Source of the DNA: Euryarchaeota archaeon UBA130
Lineage (GTDB): Archaea > Thermoplasmatota > Poseidoniia > Poseidoniales > Thalassarchaeaceae
NCBI GenBank assembly: GCA_002505775.1
Contig: DAVY01000011.1
Location: 1 to 58,385 of the forward strand
Length of the DNA: 58,385 nt
Direction of reading: 5' to 3'
Shown here: positions 47,208 through 57,147 of the stretch, one piece after another
Layout of the letters: every line of letters starts with the position of its first letter
Numbering within the stretch: the first letter of the stretch is position 1
Made by a program: the position numbers and the translations under genes
The notes under the pieces: model-generated
Told to the model about the DNA's origin: nothing
Databases searched by the model: none
What the model saw: only the letters and a program-made list of their open reading frames with translations

Positions 47208-48984
47208 GAATGGCAGGCCTCTCTCTAGGGAAGTAGTCTCAAGGGACCGTTTCTCAAGACTTTTTTCGCTGGGAGACAGGAATAAACCCCAATCATGGGC
47301 TCCGGGATTAATACTGTCTGATTTAGACCAAAACCTTCCTCTGGAAATAGCCCCGTTCACCTTCAAGAGAGACTCATCTAAGCTTCCATCCAAACTGACT
47401 CTTTATACTAGGGGGAATCTATGCTATCCATTCGATGGACTGGATGTTTGGCAATCTTCAGAAGGACTTGTGCTTCCGCCCAGCCTCTCCTCCTCAGATT
47501 CCGGAGAGTTTGGCCAAGGAACTGAATTCTTACCCATTTCCTGGCAATCTTTACACCACGATATTTCACTTGTAAAATCAGATAAACAACCCTCGGTGAT
47601 TGCAATCACTGACGCCCCACAGCTTTCCAATGCTGCGGGAAAGCTTTCACAAGCTATTGATATTGTTAGAAGGAGATTCCCCGCTTCTCTAATCTGGGCT
47701 CCAGGGATATCCGGTCCCGACAACTGTTCTCTCCTTTCATGGATTGGGCTAGATCTTTTTGATCTAAATAGGTCAAGAGTGGCATCTGCCAACGGAATTC
47801 TCCTTACTTCAGATGGTCCAAGGGACCCGGATCCCTCCTTGTCGGAAGACTCTAGCATGGATTCACAAATTACCCATTGGATGCAAGCAATAGCCTCCTT
47901 GAGATCGGCAATTAGATCTGGTACAGTCAGAGAACAAGCGGAAAAGGCCAGTCTTTCGAGTCCAAGGTCGGTGGAAAGACTCAGGAGGCATAACAAATTG
48001 TTGCTTCAGAATGTTGATGGCTCTATTCTGACAAGTGTGGATAATTCAGGAAGGAGGTTACGGTATAATTCTCCTGTAAGCAGGCAAGATAAATTGATAC
48101 ATGACTGGAGAGAAAGAATAACCAATGTCCATACGCCACCCTCTCATCAGTCTGATGTGCTTGTGTTGTTACCTTGCTCTGCTACTAAGCCATACCGACT
48201 TTCCCAAAGCCATCACAGATTCCTGAAAAATATCCCTTCCAATAGGGTGCACCAAGTAATGGTGACATCTCCTTTGGGTCTGGTCCCTAGAGAGCTTGAG
48301 GATATCTGGCCTGCGGCACACTACGATATTCCCGTAACGGGGGATTGGGATGCAGATGAGGTAGACATGATCAATTCAATGATAGCGGATATCTGCAAGA
48401 GGTCCAACTACTCCTATGTCATAGACCACTCTGGAATTGATTTATCACTCGATATGGCGATAGTCAAGGGCACTAGAAAAGGTACAGCAGGGTCTAAAGA
48501 ATCCCTCTCCGAACTAAACAGCTCGGTCATGGAAGCAGTAGAAATGTATGGACTTGACGATGTCTCGGAAAAGCTGAATCGAATCGAACTGATGAAGTCC
48601 CGATCAAGATTCATTCATGGTACTGATGATTGGCTTGAGGGGGCAGATGTATCAGGACGCCCTCCAATTTTTAGTATCTCGAAGAACGGTGAACAGTTAG
48701 CTAAATGGAATCCTCGTGATGGAAGATTTGCCTTCTCCAAGAAATCATTGCCTCTATTGCTTGAAAGTGGAAAGTTTCCTACCGTGGAAATTTCCGAAGG
48801 GCATAAATGGAAAGGAGACATTTTCCCTACTAACATAGAATCCATCGTCGGAGAAATCAGGATGGGTGATGAAGTTCTAGTAACTCAGAATAACTTGCTA
48901 ATAGGAAGTGCCAGAGCAGTGGCACCTGGTTGGGAGTGGCCATTTGGGCCGGGAAGGCTGGCAAAGGCTCGCCACAGACTCTGA
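47206..48984 (+). CDS. arcS: Archaeosine synthase subunit (TGT-like N-terminal domain, DUF5591, PUA)
   Basis: LLPCSATKPYRLSQSH and TSPLGLVPRELE...PAAHYDIPVTGDW motifs; C-terminal PUA-like IRMGDEVLV...GSARA. Confidence 0.9.
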   Translation: MNGRPLSREVVSRDRFSRLFSLGDRNKPQSWAPGLILSDLDQNLPLEIAPFTFKRDSSKLPSKLTLYTRGNLCYPFDGLDVWQSSEGLVLPPSLSSSDSGEFGQGTEFLPISWQSLHHDISLVKSDKQPSVIAITDAPQLSNAAGKLSQAIDIVRRRFPASLIWAPGISGPDNCSLLSWIGLDLFDLNRSRVASANGILLTSDGPRDPDPSLSEDSSMDSQITHWMQAIASLRSAIRSGTVREQAEKASLSSPRSVERLRRHNKLLLQNVDGSILTSVDNSGRRLRYNSPVSRQDKLIHDWRERITNVHTPPSHQSDVLVLLPCSATKPYRLSQSHHRFLKNIPSNRVHQVMVTSPLGLVPRELEDIWPAAHYDIPVTGDWDADEVDMINSMIADICKRSNYSYVIDHSGIDLSLDMAIVKGTRKGTAGSKESLSELNSSVMEAVEMYGLDDVSEKLNRIELMKSRSRFIHGTDDWLEGADVSGRPPIFSISKNGEQLAKWNPRDGRFAFSKKSLPLLLESGKFPTVEISEGHKWKGDIFPTNIESIVGEIRMGDEVLVTQNNLLIGSARAVAPGWEWPFGPGRLAKARHRL

Positions 48985-49054
48985 GTGATGTAGAAAAAAA
49001 GTCTGCGTAGTCATTAAAGAGGGAGAGCAGGTCGCCTGGGCCGGAGATTGTTAG

Positions 49055-49510
49055 ATGTCACGCATGCATTCAGGCGGAAAAGGCTCGAGTGGCTCATCCA
49101 AGCCATACTCTACAGAGCCTCCGACATGGTCAGAAAAAGACAAGAAGTCCATTGAGTCGAACATTCTGGATTTGAATAAGGAAGGACATTCAAATGCCAT
49201 GATAGGCACTATTCTCAGAGACAGATTTGCAGTTCCCGATGTCCGATTAGTCATGGGCGAAAGAATTTCTCAGATTCTTTCTAGAAACGGAGTCTCCCCA
49301 AATTACCCTGAAGATATGATGAATCTTATGAGAAGGGCTCAGGGACTAATAGACCATCTCAACAATAACCCCAAGGACAAGCATAATAGAAGGCAATTGG
49401 AACTCTGCGAGTCAAAAATCCGCCGTCTTGCAAGATACTACAAGAGTACAGACAAACTAGATGCCGACTGGCAGTATAAAAGAGATCAGCTTCGTTTAAT
49501 GGTTGAATAG
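49055..49510 (+). CDS. rps15: 30S ribosomal protein uS15 (archaeal type)
   Basis: MSRMHSGGKGSSGSSKP, IGTILRD, PEDMMNL and ESKIRRLARYYK. Confidence 0.98.
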   Translation: MSRMHSGGKGSSGSSKPYSTEPPTWSEKDKKSIESNILDLNKEGHSNAMIGTILRDRFAVPDVRLVMGERISQILSRNGVSPNYPEDMMNLMRRAQGLIDHLNNNPKDKHNRRQLELCESKIRRLARYYKSTDKLDADWQYKRDQLRLMVE

Positions 49511-49550
49511 TGACAGTAGAGATTTGTACCCCCATCCACTCAGCTGAGTC

Positions 49551-50411
49551 GTGCGGGACCTAATTTCAGCAGAACCTTTCTCTCCCATCGAACATTCAGT
49601 AAGGAACGCTGTCTCTGAATTGATGAATACAAAACTTCCAGTTACTATAATTTCTGAGACCAACCTTCAGGGCTCACTCTCTGTAGCACCCATTGAAGCA
49701 GCATTGTTGGAATCAAATATCCAGTATAGGAGGAGGTTGGGAAGCCATATCTCAGATGGAATAGAAAACTGCATAATAATTGATACCTCAAGAGAGGGAA
49801 AAGGGGCCGAATGGAATGCAGAAAGAAACATACTAACGGTTACAGAAACAATGTCCGTTGCATTATCCGGTCACCAAGGAGACCCAAAAGTTGGCCCATT
49901 GACAACAGTCTCTATCTGTCATTGCATTGCTCAACTAATCTCACCTTCAGGACCTAAAGTCAGAAGAATGAGGCCATGGGCTATTTCTGGAAATTGGATA
50001 CATAATTGTATGGACATGACCTACGACCCAGTTTATGCTTCACTAAAAGACACTCTGAGATCCGAGGGAAGTATCAGAGTCGTCCCGATCACAGAAGTGC
50101 CAATGCCAAGTGTTGAAAATCTGGATTTTATAGATTCGGAAAAACTCCAAGAAATCTCTTCTCGGTGGGACTCTATGGGCAATGAGGGAAGGGCCAGAAC
50201 AATCTCTCATTTGGTCAGGGGGGCCCTTCAATCAACAACTCCCTCAACCTCTAGACTAGAAGAAATTGTATGGAGTTGCATCATGGCTCCGGGTTGGAAG
50301 TCCGACTTAGCGAGCCAGATAAGACTGTCTTCATCAATCTGGAAAGATAACGACAAGAGAATCGCGTCTTCTAAAATCATTGACTCCCTAATTAGAAATG
50401 GGAATTTATGA
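49551..50411 (+). CDS. Hypothetical protein, possibly a degenerate DHH/RecJ-like phosphoesterase
   Basis: Lies directly after rps15, where archaea commonly encode a DHH protein. The N-terminal beta-alpha pattern (VTIISETNLQGSLS) lacks the DxD and DHH residues. Confidence 0.5.
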   Translation: MRDLISAEPFSPIEHSVRNAVSELMNTKLPVTIISETNLQGSLSVAPIEAALLESNIQYRRRLGSHISDGIENCIIIDTSREGKGAEWNAERNILTVTETMSVALSGHQGDPKVGPLTTVSICHCIAQLISPSGPKVRRMRPWAISGNWIHNCMDMTYDPVYASLKDTLRSEGSIRVVPITEVPMPSVENLDFIDSEKLQEISSRWDSMGNEGRARTISHLVRGALQSTTPSTSRLEEIVWSCIMAPGWKSDLASQIRLSSSIWKDNDKRIASSKIIDSLIRNGNL

Positions 50412-52406
50412 CTACTCCTCAATTCTAATTACACTGTCACACCCTTGGCAGGTGATTCGTAATGGCCTAACCTCAGACTCAACCATCACAGTTGCGCCAC
50501 AAGAAGGGCATTTTACTCTCGGAGCGTTCGAAATCCCAGAACCTCCCCTTGTCTTCGGAGAGAGTAAAGATATCGGGAATACAAGTAAGACGCTACTGGA
50601 AACGACCCCGAGTACTATCTGCATGGGCAAACCGAGGAAATATATCGAGAAAGAGAGAATCCCCAGTGTAGCGACAGTAATCATAGTAGGGAATCTTGAT
50701 CTTTTACGGGTCATTGTCATCCCTGTACCTATTGAGAGACTTAGGATTAATACCATCATTCCAGAACCAAGTAACACACTGAATAGCCCATTACCAGAAG
50801 GCGTAAACTCTACCCTGAAAGTCTGCTCAGGATCCAGATCCGGCTCATACACTCTCAATGTTTCAGAAACAATCCACCTTCTGTGCGAATAATCGATCCC
50901 ACTGGCCGTAACTATTCCGATGTCTGTCAGCATCGACCCCTGAATCTTTATGTCAACAGAAACTCCCGTCCAATAATTCTCATCCGATGGTTTTGAAAAG
51001 CTCTCTATGAGTAGTTGCCTCTCTCCTTCCATCAACGAGTATGAAGTTGCAATTCTAATGGTTATGGTTTCCGAACTAAATCCGCTTGTCCCTCCCAAAT
51101 CAACCGAGACTTGTGTTGGTCCAAGTTCGAACGGATCGATTCCAATTATCGACTCAGCCTCAATGAAAAGTCCGTTTGAAAGGAATGACTCTAAGTCAGA
51201 ATTAGACCCAGTCAAATAACCCTCAAGTGCACTGATTTCGGAACTATCGACCATCTTATTGTTGTAGTCAGAATCCGGAACAGAGCTTGAGTATGAATTC
51301 AGACTCCTCCACCAGCTACTGGAGCCAAGACTTTGGTTTCCTATATTGTCCAGCCCCCACCTCATCCACTGAGACATGGCCCCATCGAACTCCAAAGAAA
51401 CTTTCTTTGTGACTTCCTTGCCATCCCAATTTGCATCAACGCCGATGACTATGTCCGACCCACCACTCCTAAGGGGCTCGCTAGCCGGATACCAAGAAGC
51501 TCCCTCCCCATCACCCCCTCCAGATTCTATGAAATGAGTCATATTTGACTCGATAAGTAAACCACTCTGAGGCTCCAGGATGAACTCAGTGAGGAATGAT
51601 CCACTCTCTACTCCCTCAGGAATGCTCCAAACAAAGGTAACTTCAACTCCTCCTTCGACCAGTGTAGCCACAGGCTTATCTGCCACTGCTACGTTCTGTA
51701 CTTCAAAAATACCAGTTGATGATGACCAAATCCGATCTTCAAATCCAGACGATATGAGAATAGGGAAATAAACTAGGTTGCCACTTACGCTTGCATCCTT
51801 CATTTCTATGTCCACCAGGGGCATTTTCACAGATATGCCGGATGCTTTCTCAGAGCTTCCCCATTGGAAAACCACTCCCGAATCATCACCTGGCTGGTTA
51901 AACCCTAGTAGTTGGACTATCAGGGTTATCTCTAAAATATCATCCTCTCTTATGTCCCCCGACTCGATATCTATCGCTGACTGAACATCTCCCTCGCCTG
52001 TCAGGTATGGTTCTAAACCCGAAGTTCCGCCCTCGTAGAATGACCCACCTATCCTCACCTCTACAGTCATATTGATATTGACGCCAACAGCACCTTGAAC
52101 TTCATAGTGGATATTGAAATCCCATGTATCTGTGGGGTAATCTCCATCAATCCCCCACGGTACCTTCCAAGACCCAACCTCCACTGGTTGGAGGACCTGG
52201 TTGACTAGCTTCGACTCAGTTTCATCTATCTCAGATTCAAAGGGAGTCAAGCCTCCCGAATCAGCATCACCAATTAGAAATAACTCGAAACTATCGTCCG
52301 TGCAACAACTAGCTTCCTGAGATGAAACGTTCGATATAGGGCCTAGGATTCCCATCAAGAAGATCAAGACGAGTATCGCGGGCAGACCTCTGGTGCGCAC
52401 TGTCAT
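50412..52406 (-). CDS. Hypothetical membrane protein (signal peptide, large ectodomain, three TM helices, C-terminal zinc ribbon)
   Basis: 664-aa ORF ending in CPSCG...CQGCD; TTCAAG at -29. Confidence 0.75.
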   Translation of the reverse strand: MTVRTRGLPAILVLIFLMGILGPISNVSSQEASCCTDDSFELFLIGDADSGGLTPFESEIDETESKLVNQVLQPVEVGSWKVPWGIDGDYPTDTWDFNIHYEVQGAVGVNINMTVEVRIGGSFYEGGTSGLEPYLTGEGDVQSAIDIESGDIREDDILEITLIVQLLGFNQPGDDSGVVFQWGSSEKASGISVKMPLVDIEMKDASVSGNLVYFPILISSGFEDRIWSSSTGIFEVQNVAVADKPVATLVEGGVEVTFVWSIPEGVESGSFLTEFILEPQSGLLIESNMTHFIESGGGDGEGASWYPASEPLRSGGSDIVIGVDANWDGKEVTKKVSLEFDGAMSQWMRWGLDNIGNQSLGSSSWWRSLNSYSSSVPDSDYNNKMVDSSEISALEGYLTGSNSDLESFLSNGLFIEAESIIGIDPFELGPTQVSVDLGGTSGFSSETITIRIATSYSLMEGERQLLIESFSKPSDENYWTGVSVDIKIQGSMLTDIGIVTASGIDYSHRRWIVSETLRVYEPDLDPEQTFRVEFTPSGNGLFSVLLGSGMMVLILSLSIGTGMTMTRKRSRFPTMITVATLGILSFSIYFLGLPMQIVLGVVSSSVLLVFPISLLSPKTRGGSGISNAPRVKCPSCGATVMVESEVRPLRITCQGCDSVIRIEE

Positions 52407-52484
52407 GATGTTCGACAGAACCTCAACATCTTGAACTCAACCCCTTTCGGACTCCTTCAATGTCAAAAAGCGAGGGTATGATAA

Positions 52485-54218
52485 TCATCCATGTAGCCAT
52501 ATCAGACCAATATTGCCATTTTCCGGATCAGTGGACTCAACTTTGGCGAAACCCATTCTTTCGAGTTGGACGATCTCGCCAACGGCATATTTCGAATCTT
52601 CAATAACTCCACGGAGTACTATATTTTCATCATCTGCCGGAACTATAATCTCAGCCTTTACACAGCTGTCCGAAGAATTCCAGTGTATTATTTGTGCACT
52701 ACCGCTCTTTTCTCTGGACATGAAAATGGCATTTTGTCCCCTTATTTCGACATCTGCGAAGTCTTTCAACCTCACAACTCCTTCAAAATAGTCATTTTTG
52801 GAAATTTGAATAGTTCTACGCTCAAGACCCCATTCCCTATATCCCATTTCTGGATGATCTGGATGATTATTCAACCTCACAACGTCGTCAATATAGCTAA
52901 TATCCTCTGGATATACTAGATTTAGAATAACAGGCCCCTCTACAAAAGCGCGTCTTGCCGCCTGCGAATCGATGATTTTAGAATTCTTGGAATCGATTGT
53001 CTGCATTGAGATTGATATGTCCTTTTGTGTCAGACCGAGTTCGATCCAGAACTCCCTGATAGCTTCTGGAGTGTATCCTCTCCTCCTGAGTGCGGAAACA
53101 GTGGGGAGCCTAGGATCATCCCAATCTGAGAAATCCCCCTTCTCTATAGACTCCCTGATAGAGGATGTTGAAAATCCACCGAATTCATGCAATTTTACCC
53201 TTCCCCAATACAACGTCTCTGGATATTTCCAACCCATATGTTCGTACAGAAGCGCCTGTTTTCTAGTGCTATCCATCAAGTCCTTACCTCGCACAATATG
53301 AGTAACACCCTGCAGGTGATCTTCAACGGCACTCTGGAAGTCAAGTAAAGGCCAAACCTTGTACTTGTCCCCAACTATTGGGTGCGGGGTGTGTTGGATC
53401 CTGAGTGCGGGCCAGTCCCGTAGAGCTGGGTTGGGCAATTCAAGATCAGTCCTTACCCTCACTACACTCCCCCCCTCCTCTATTTCCCCAAGAATCATCA
53501 TTTTCCATTGATCCAAGTTCAATTCAACATTATTCTCCCTACACGGGCACGGTAACATATTATCTCTTAGCGACTTAAACCCAGAAGCTGAGCACTTGCA
53601 AACATAACAGATCCCCTGAGATATCATATTCTCAGCATGCTCCAAATATACGTCCATTCTTGAACTGGCCCTAATTACGACATCTGGCTTCACTCCGGAT
53701 ATCCATTCAAATTCGTCTTCAATGGATTTGTAAGCCGAAGGTAAAGGGGGCTTGATTTTGGTATCGGTGTCATCAAACCTAAGTATAATTTTCCCGGAGT
53801 ACATTTTTGCAAATTCCGAATTTATCACCACTCCTCTAGAGTGTCCTATTGAAAGAGGGCCGTTAGGATTTGGAGCGAACCTCAGGACAACTTCTTCCGC
53901 CCCGTTAACCCTCAGCTCAGGAAGACCAACCCTCTTCTTCTGCTTTTCACGATTCAATGCTTCTGGATTAGTCCCTTCAAGAATTTCTCTAACTCGTTCC
54001 AGACCATCATTTTTTGCGATCGAATTTGCTTCCTCGACATGCTCTGAAATCAATGGAATCAAATCCTTGGCGGACGACCTTAGGTCTGGGAACTCAGAAA
54101 GTAGTCTACCTAGGACACTACCTGATTTCCCGTTTCCATTGTATTCCAATGCATTCTGTAGGGCATACTTACGGATGGCAGATGTTGCCTCTTCCCCCAA
54201 CACCGACTCATCTTCCAT
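52485..54218 (-). CDS. gltX: Glutamate--tRNA ligase (archaeal type)
   Basis: RFAPNPNGPLSIGH (HIGH-like), LRFDDTD, THIVRGKD, WDDPRLPT and QLERMGF motifs. The likely start is ATG 54218 (MEDES), which avoids overlap with rnhB. Confidence 0.97.
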   Translation of the reverse strand: MEDESVLGEEATSAIRKYALQNALEYNGNGKSGSVLGRLLSEFPDLRSSAKDLIPLISEHVEEANSIAKNDGLERVREILEGTNPEALNREKQKKRVGLPELRVNGAEEVVLRFAPNPNGPLSIGHSRGVVINSEFAKMYSGKIILRFDDTDTKIKPPLPSAYKSIEDEFEWISGVKPDVVIRASSRMDVYLEHAENMISQGICYVCKCSASGFKSLRDNMLPCPCRENNVELNLDQWKMMILGEIEEGGSVVRVRTDLELPNPALRDWPALRIQHTPHPIVGDKYKVWPLLDFQSAVEDHLQGVTHIVRGKDLMDSTRKQALLYEHMGWKYPETLYWGRVKLHEFGGFSTSSIRESIEKGDFSDWDDPRLPTVSALRRRGYTPEAIREFWIELGLTQKDISISMQTIDSKNSKIIDSQAARRAFVEGPVILNLVYPEDISYIDDVVRLNNHPDHPEMGYREWGLERRTIQISKNDYFEGVVRLKDFADVEIRGQNAIFMSREKSGSAQIIHWNSSDSCVKAEIIVPADDENIVLRGVIEDSKYAVGEIVQLERMGFAKVESTDPENGNIGLIWLHG

Positions 54219-54241
54219 TGTTGTAATGCTACCGGCCTTAC

Positions 54242-54994
54242 CTATTTGTGATTGCTGTCTGACCACGCCCGAAGATCGACTTGAGCATATTTTCCAACCT
54301 CATCATATCTTATGGGTACCGGAGAGTTGTGAGTAGAGATCCACGCGTCCCTAACTGTGGACCATGACCACCTTAGACAATCGTGAGGGGCTGTCCCCGA
54401 GACTAGCTCTCTAACTGCCCTCCTGGTTTTTGGATCTGAAGGATAACCAGATCCAATGTCCAATCCTAACTTTTTCGATAAATCTGATATGGCCAAATCC
54501 CTTGTAACCTTGGCAATTATACTTGATGCACCTACTAGTAAATTGGACTGGTCCAATTTATGTTCTGACGTTACGTCCCACCCCGCCCATTCATTTCCGA
54601 GGTAAGACATCACATTCTTGCCAAATCTGACCTGATCAACATCACAGGCATCAAGAAAGATTCCCCCTCCAGCTTTTGCAGATACCGTGTTCTTTATCGC
54701 TTCAGAGAATAACTTGGCTTCAAGAATATTGAGATTTGACTCAATACTGTTCATATCTATTCTTTCGGGACTACATACTGAAAGACCGATTTTCCAGCCC
54801 CTATTGGCACTTTCAATCTTGATCCATCTTGACATTTCGCCTCTTTTCTTCTTTGACAGAGATTTAGAGTCCGCTACTCCCATTTCTTCCAGAATTGGGT
54901 AATCTGCCATTGGTATCGCTAGCGCGCATACTACTAATGGCCCAATTACAGGGCCTCTGCCGGCCTCATCGACACCTATGCCGTATCCTCTCAC
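54242..54994 (-). CDS. rnhB: Ribonuclease HII
   Basis: GVDEAGRGPVIGP, DSK, ASSIIAKVTRD and GSGYPSDP motifs. Confidence 0.97.
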   Translation of the reverse strand: MRGYGIGVDEAGRGPVIGPLVVCALAIPMADYPILEEMGVADSKSLSKKKRGEMSRWIKIESANRGWKIGLSVCSPERIDMNSIESNLNILEAKLFSEAIKNTVSAKAGGGIFLDACDVDQVRFGKNVMSYLGNEWAGWDVTSEHKLDQSNLLVGASSIIAKVTRDLAISDLSKKLGLDIGSGYPSDPKTRRAVRELVSGTAPHDCLRWSWSTVRDAWISTHNSPVPIRYDEVGKYAQVDLRAWSDSNHK

Positions 54995-57093
54995 AATTCT
55001 AAGTCAAACTCAGGAGGGACTTGATTGTCACCCCCTTTTTTTCCAGAAATGGAAGAATCTTCCTCAATATCCAAGATTACATTATCAGGATGTAGAAGAT
55101 CCTGACTTTCCAGTTCTTCAGCGATCCTCAATACTTCTTCGATATCCGATTTCTCTTTTGAATCATCAAGTAGCCTACTTGCATCATCAATAGCCTCCAA
55201 TGATATTTCACTTTGGGATTTTACATCCGGTCTGCCCTCATGGCCAAAGAAAGACTTCTCAAACTTGGATACTTCAATCTGAATACTCCTCTCCAAGGAA
55301 ACCTCACTCGTTTCGCTCCTAGAAAATTTCGATATCCAGTCACCTTCCTCCTCTGATTTATTAGTAGTGACCGATGTAGTTGAGGTTCTTTTCAAAGCTA
55401 GGGAAGTTCCATAGAGGCCAATTAGTATGACTGAAACTATCATTGTCGGTTCTAGCCATAGGTTAAGAAAACGAATTATCGGCTCTCTGAAACTCCCTTC
55501 ATCGGGACTATTAACTAATGGGGCCTCACCACTGATGTTTATTGAGACGGCCTCGATAATCAATATCCCGGGATCCATTGCAGACCTCATTTCTACGCTT
55601 AAATTTACAATTGTGTCAGTAGGGGCTGTCTTGGGGACCTCCATCCAACCAAGAATCTCTATTGATTGACCTGGATTGACAGGATACACTTCCAATGCCC
55701 TATCCGATTTAAAAACTATAATCTCTGAATCAGGTACAAGCACGTCAATACCAAATCCGGTAACCACACTTGAGTCGATTGAAGCTATCAAACCATCAAT
55801 TGAATTTCCCGTGTTTGTTATGGTCCAAGAACCTGTCAAGTTTCCCGATTCAATGTCTTCCTCAAAACCACCCAAGGACCAAGAAAAAAGGGCACCAGAT
55901 TTGACCTCAAAAGAAACCTCTCCCGGAGACCAGTCACCGATTGACATGGTTATAGTAATCCTACTAGTGAGATTGTGTAGTGTGTCTTCTTTGACCTGAC
56001 AGAATATACTAATTGGATCCGAAGACTCCCCTCTTTGGAGCTCAACAAAATCCATCTCGGGATTTAGATTAATCCACTCTGGAATCCCGGATAAAGAGAT
56101 CCGAAATGATGTCGGGCTATCACCAGTATTGACCAGAACCACCCTGACCTCACACGCATCTCCCGGAATGATATTCGATGTAGAACAACCGTCTTCCAAT
56201 ATCGATATCTCTCCCCCGTCCCTCGGCACCACGCTTACTTCATGATTAACGGATAAATAATCAAGAGAGTTACCCGTGCTCCAAACACGGATTTCGAAGT
56301 TCAGAGCATCCCCTATTTCGCTGGGCGAAAATACCTGGACCAATACAGAACCAGTTGCGTTAGGGGCCAAATCATCAACCCTCCATCTCTCTATGACAGA
56401 AGCACTCCAATTCCCCGATGAAAAGAACGAACCCGGTTCGGAAATTTCCACACCTTCCTCTCCGATGGCTACGATTTCTATCTGCATAGTCCTAATTGAG
56501 TTTCCTGTATTTCGAACAATTGTCTCCAGAGTTACCGTTCCACCGGGGGAGATGGACGAGGACCCTCCTCCTTGCAATATCTCAATAGCGTCGTAATTTC
56601 CGTACCTGAGTGAGAAATTGTACCAGTCGATTATTTGTCCGTCCAAGCCAACAAGGGACATCGAGAAACCATGGAGGGATTGAGAAAGTGGAAATCCCCC
56701 TACCACGGAAGGTGAGGATATTGTGAACTCTGTCCAAATTAATTGTCCTGGAGATATAATATATTCCTTACCGATATCAGGAGAAGATTCGTAATTCCAG
56801 GAAACATTCCATTTGTCCGGCCAATCGATAATCAATAATACCTGCTTATCATTCTCCATTTGACTACTAAAATTGACATTAATGCCAATTGAGGAATCAG
56901 GGTCGATGTTGAAAATCGAGCCGGAAGATGCCCCGAACTCCAATCCATTGATCTCAGAATCCGATTTGCTCACCGATAGAACATCCTTTCCATTCTCAAA
57001 AAAAGGACTGGGATAATTAATTGAAATGGTATGGAAAGCAAGAGTAGTGACTATTCCGAGAATCACTGAGATTGCGAATAGGCCACTTCGCAT
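54991..57093 (-). CDS. Hypothetical surface protein with NEW3/CARDB-like repeats, TM and acidic cytoplasmic tail
   Basis: Repeated NTGN/NTGD units; TM near aa 550; its stop overlaps the rnhB start (GTGA). Confidence 0.75.
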   Translation of the reverse strand: MRSGLFAISVILGIVTTLAFHTISINYPSPFFENGKDVLSVSKSDSEINGLEFGASSGSIFNIDPDSSIGINVNFSSQMENDKQVLLIIDWPDKWNVSWNYESSPDIGKEYIISPGQLIWTEFTISSPSVVGGFPLSQSLHGFSMSLVGLDGQIIDWYNFSLRYGNYDAIEILQGGGSSSISPGGTVTLETIVRNTGNSIRTMQIEIVAIGEEGVEISEPGSFFSSGNWSASVIERWRVDDLAPNATGSVLVQVFSPSEIGDALNFEIRVWSTGNSLDYLSVNHEVSVVPRDGGEISILEDGCSTSNIIPGDACEVRVVLVNTGDSPTSFRISLSGIPEWINLNPEMDFVELQRGESSDPISIFCQVKEDTLHNLTSRITITMSIGDWSPGEVSFEVKSGALFSWSLGGFEEDIESGNLTGSWTITNTGNSIDGLIASIDSSVVTGFGIDVLVPDSEIIVFKSDRALEVYPVNPGQSIEILGWMEVPKTAPTDTIVNLSVEMRSAMDPGILIIEAVSINISGEAPLVNSPDEGSFREPIIRFLNLWLEPTMIVSVILIGLYGTSLALKRTSTTSVTTNKSEEEGDWISKFSRSETSEVSLERSIQIEVSKFEKSFFGHEGRPDVKSQSEISLEAIDDASRLLDDSKEKSDIEEVLRIAEELESQDLLHPDNVILDIEEDSSISGKKGGDNQVPPEFDLEL

Positions 57094-57147
57094 GAGCCAC
57101 GCTAATCAGTATAAGCTTTGATTTCTGCCCTTTGGTGATGTTGAAAA

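Noticed and set aside
47206-48984. tRNA-guanine transglycosylase TgtA
   Set aside because: The catalytic DSGG and zinc-binding motifs are absent; the PCSxxKPY motif identifies ArcS.
50398-50892. 164-aa plus-strand ORF following the rps15 cluster
   Set aside because: It lies almost wholly antisense to the TM and zinc-ribbon end of the 664-aa gene and has no recognisable motif (not Pcc1 or eS1).
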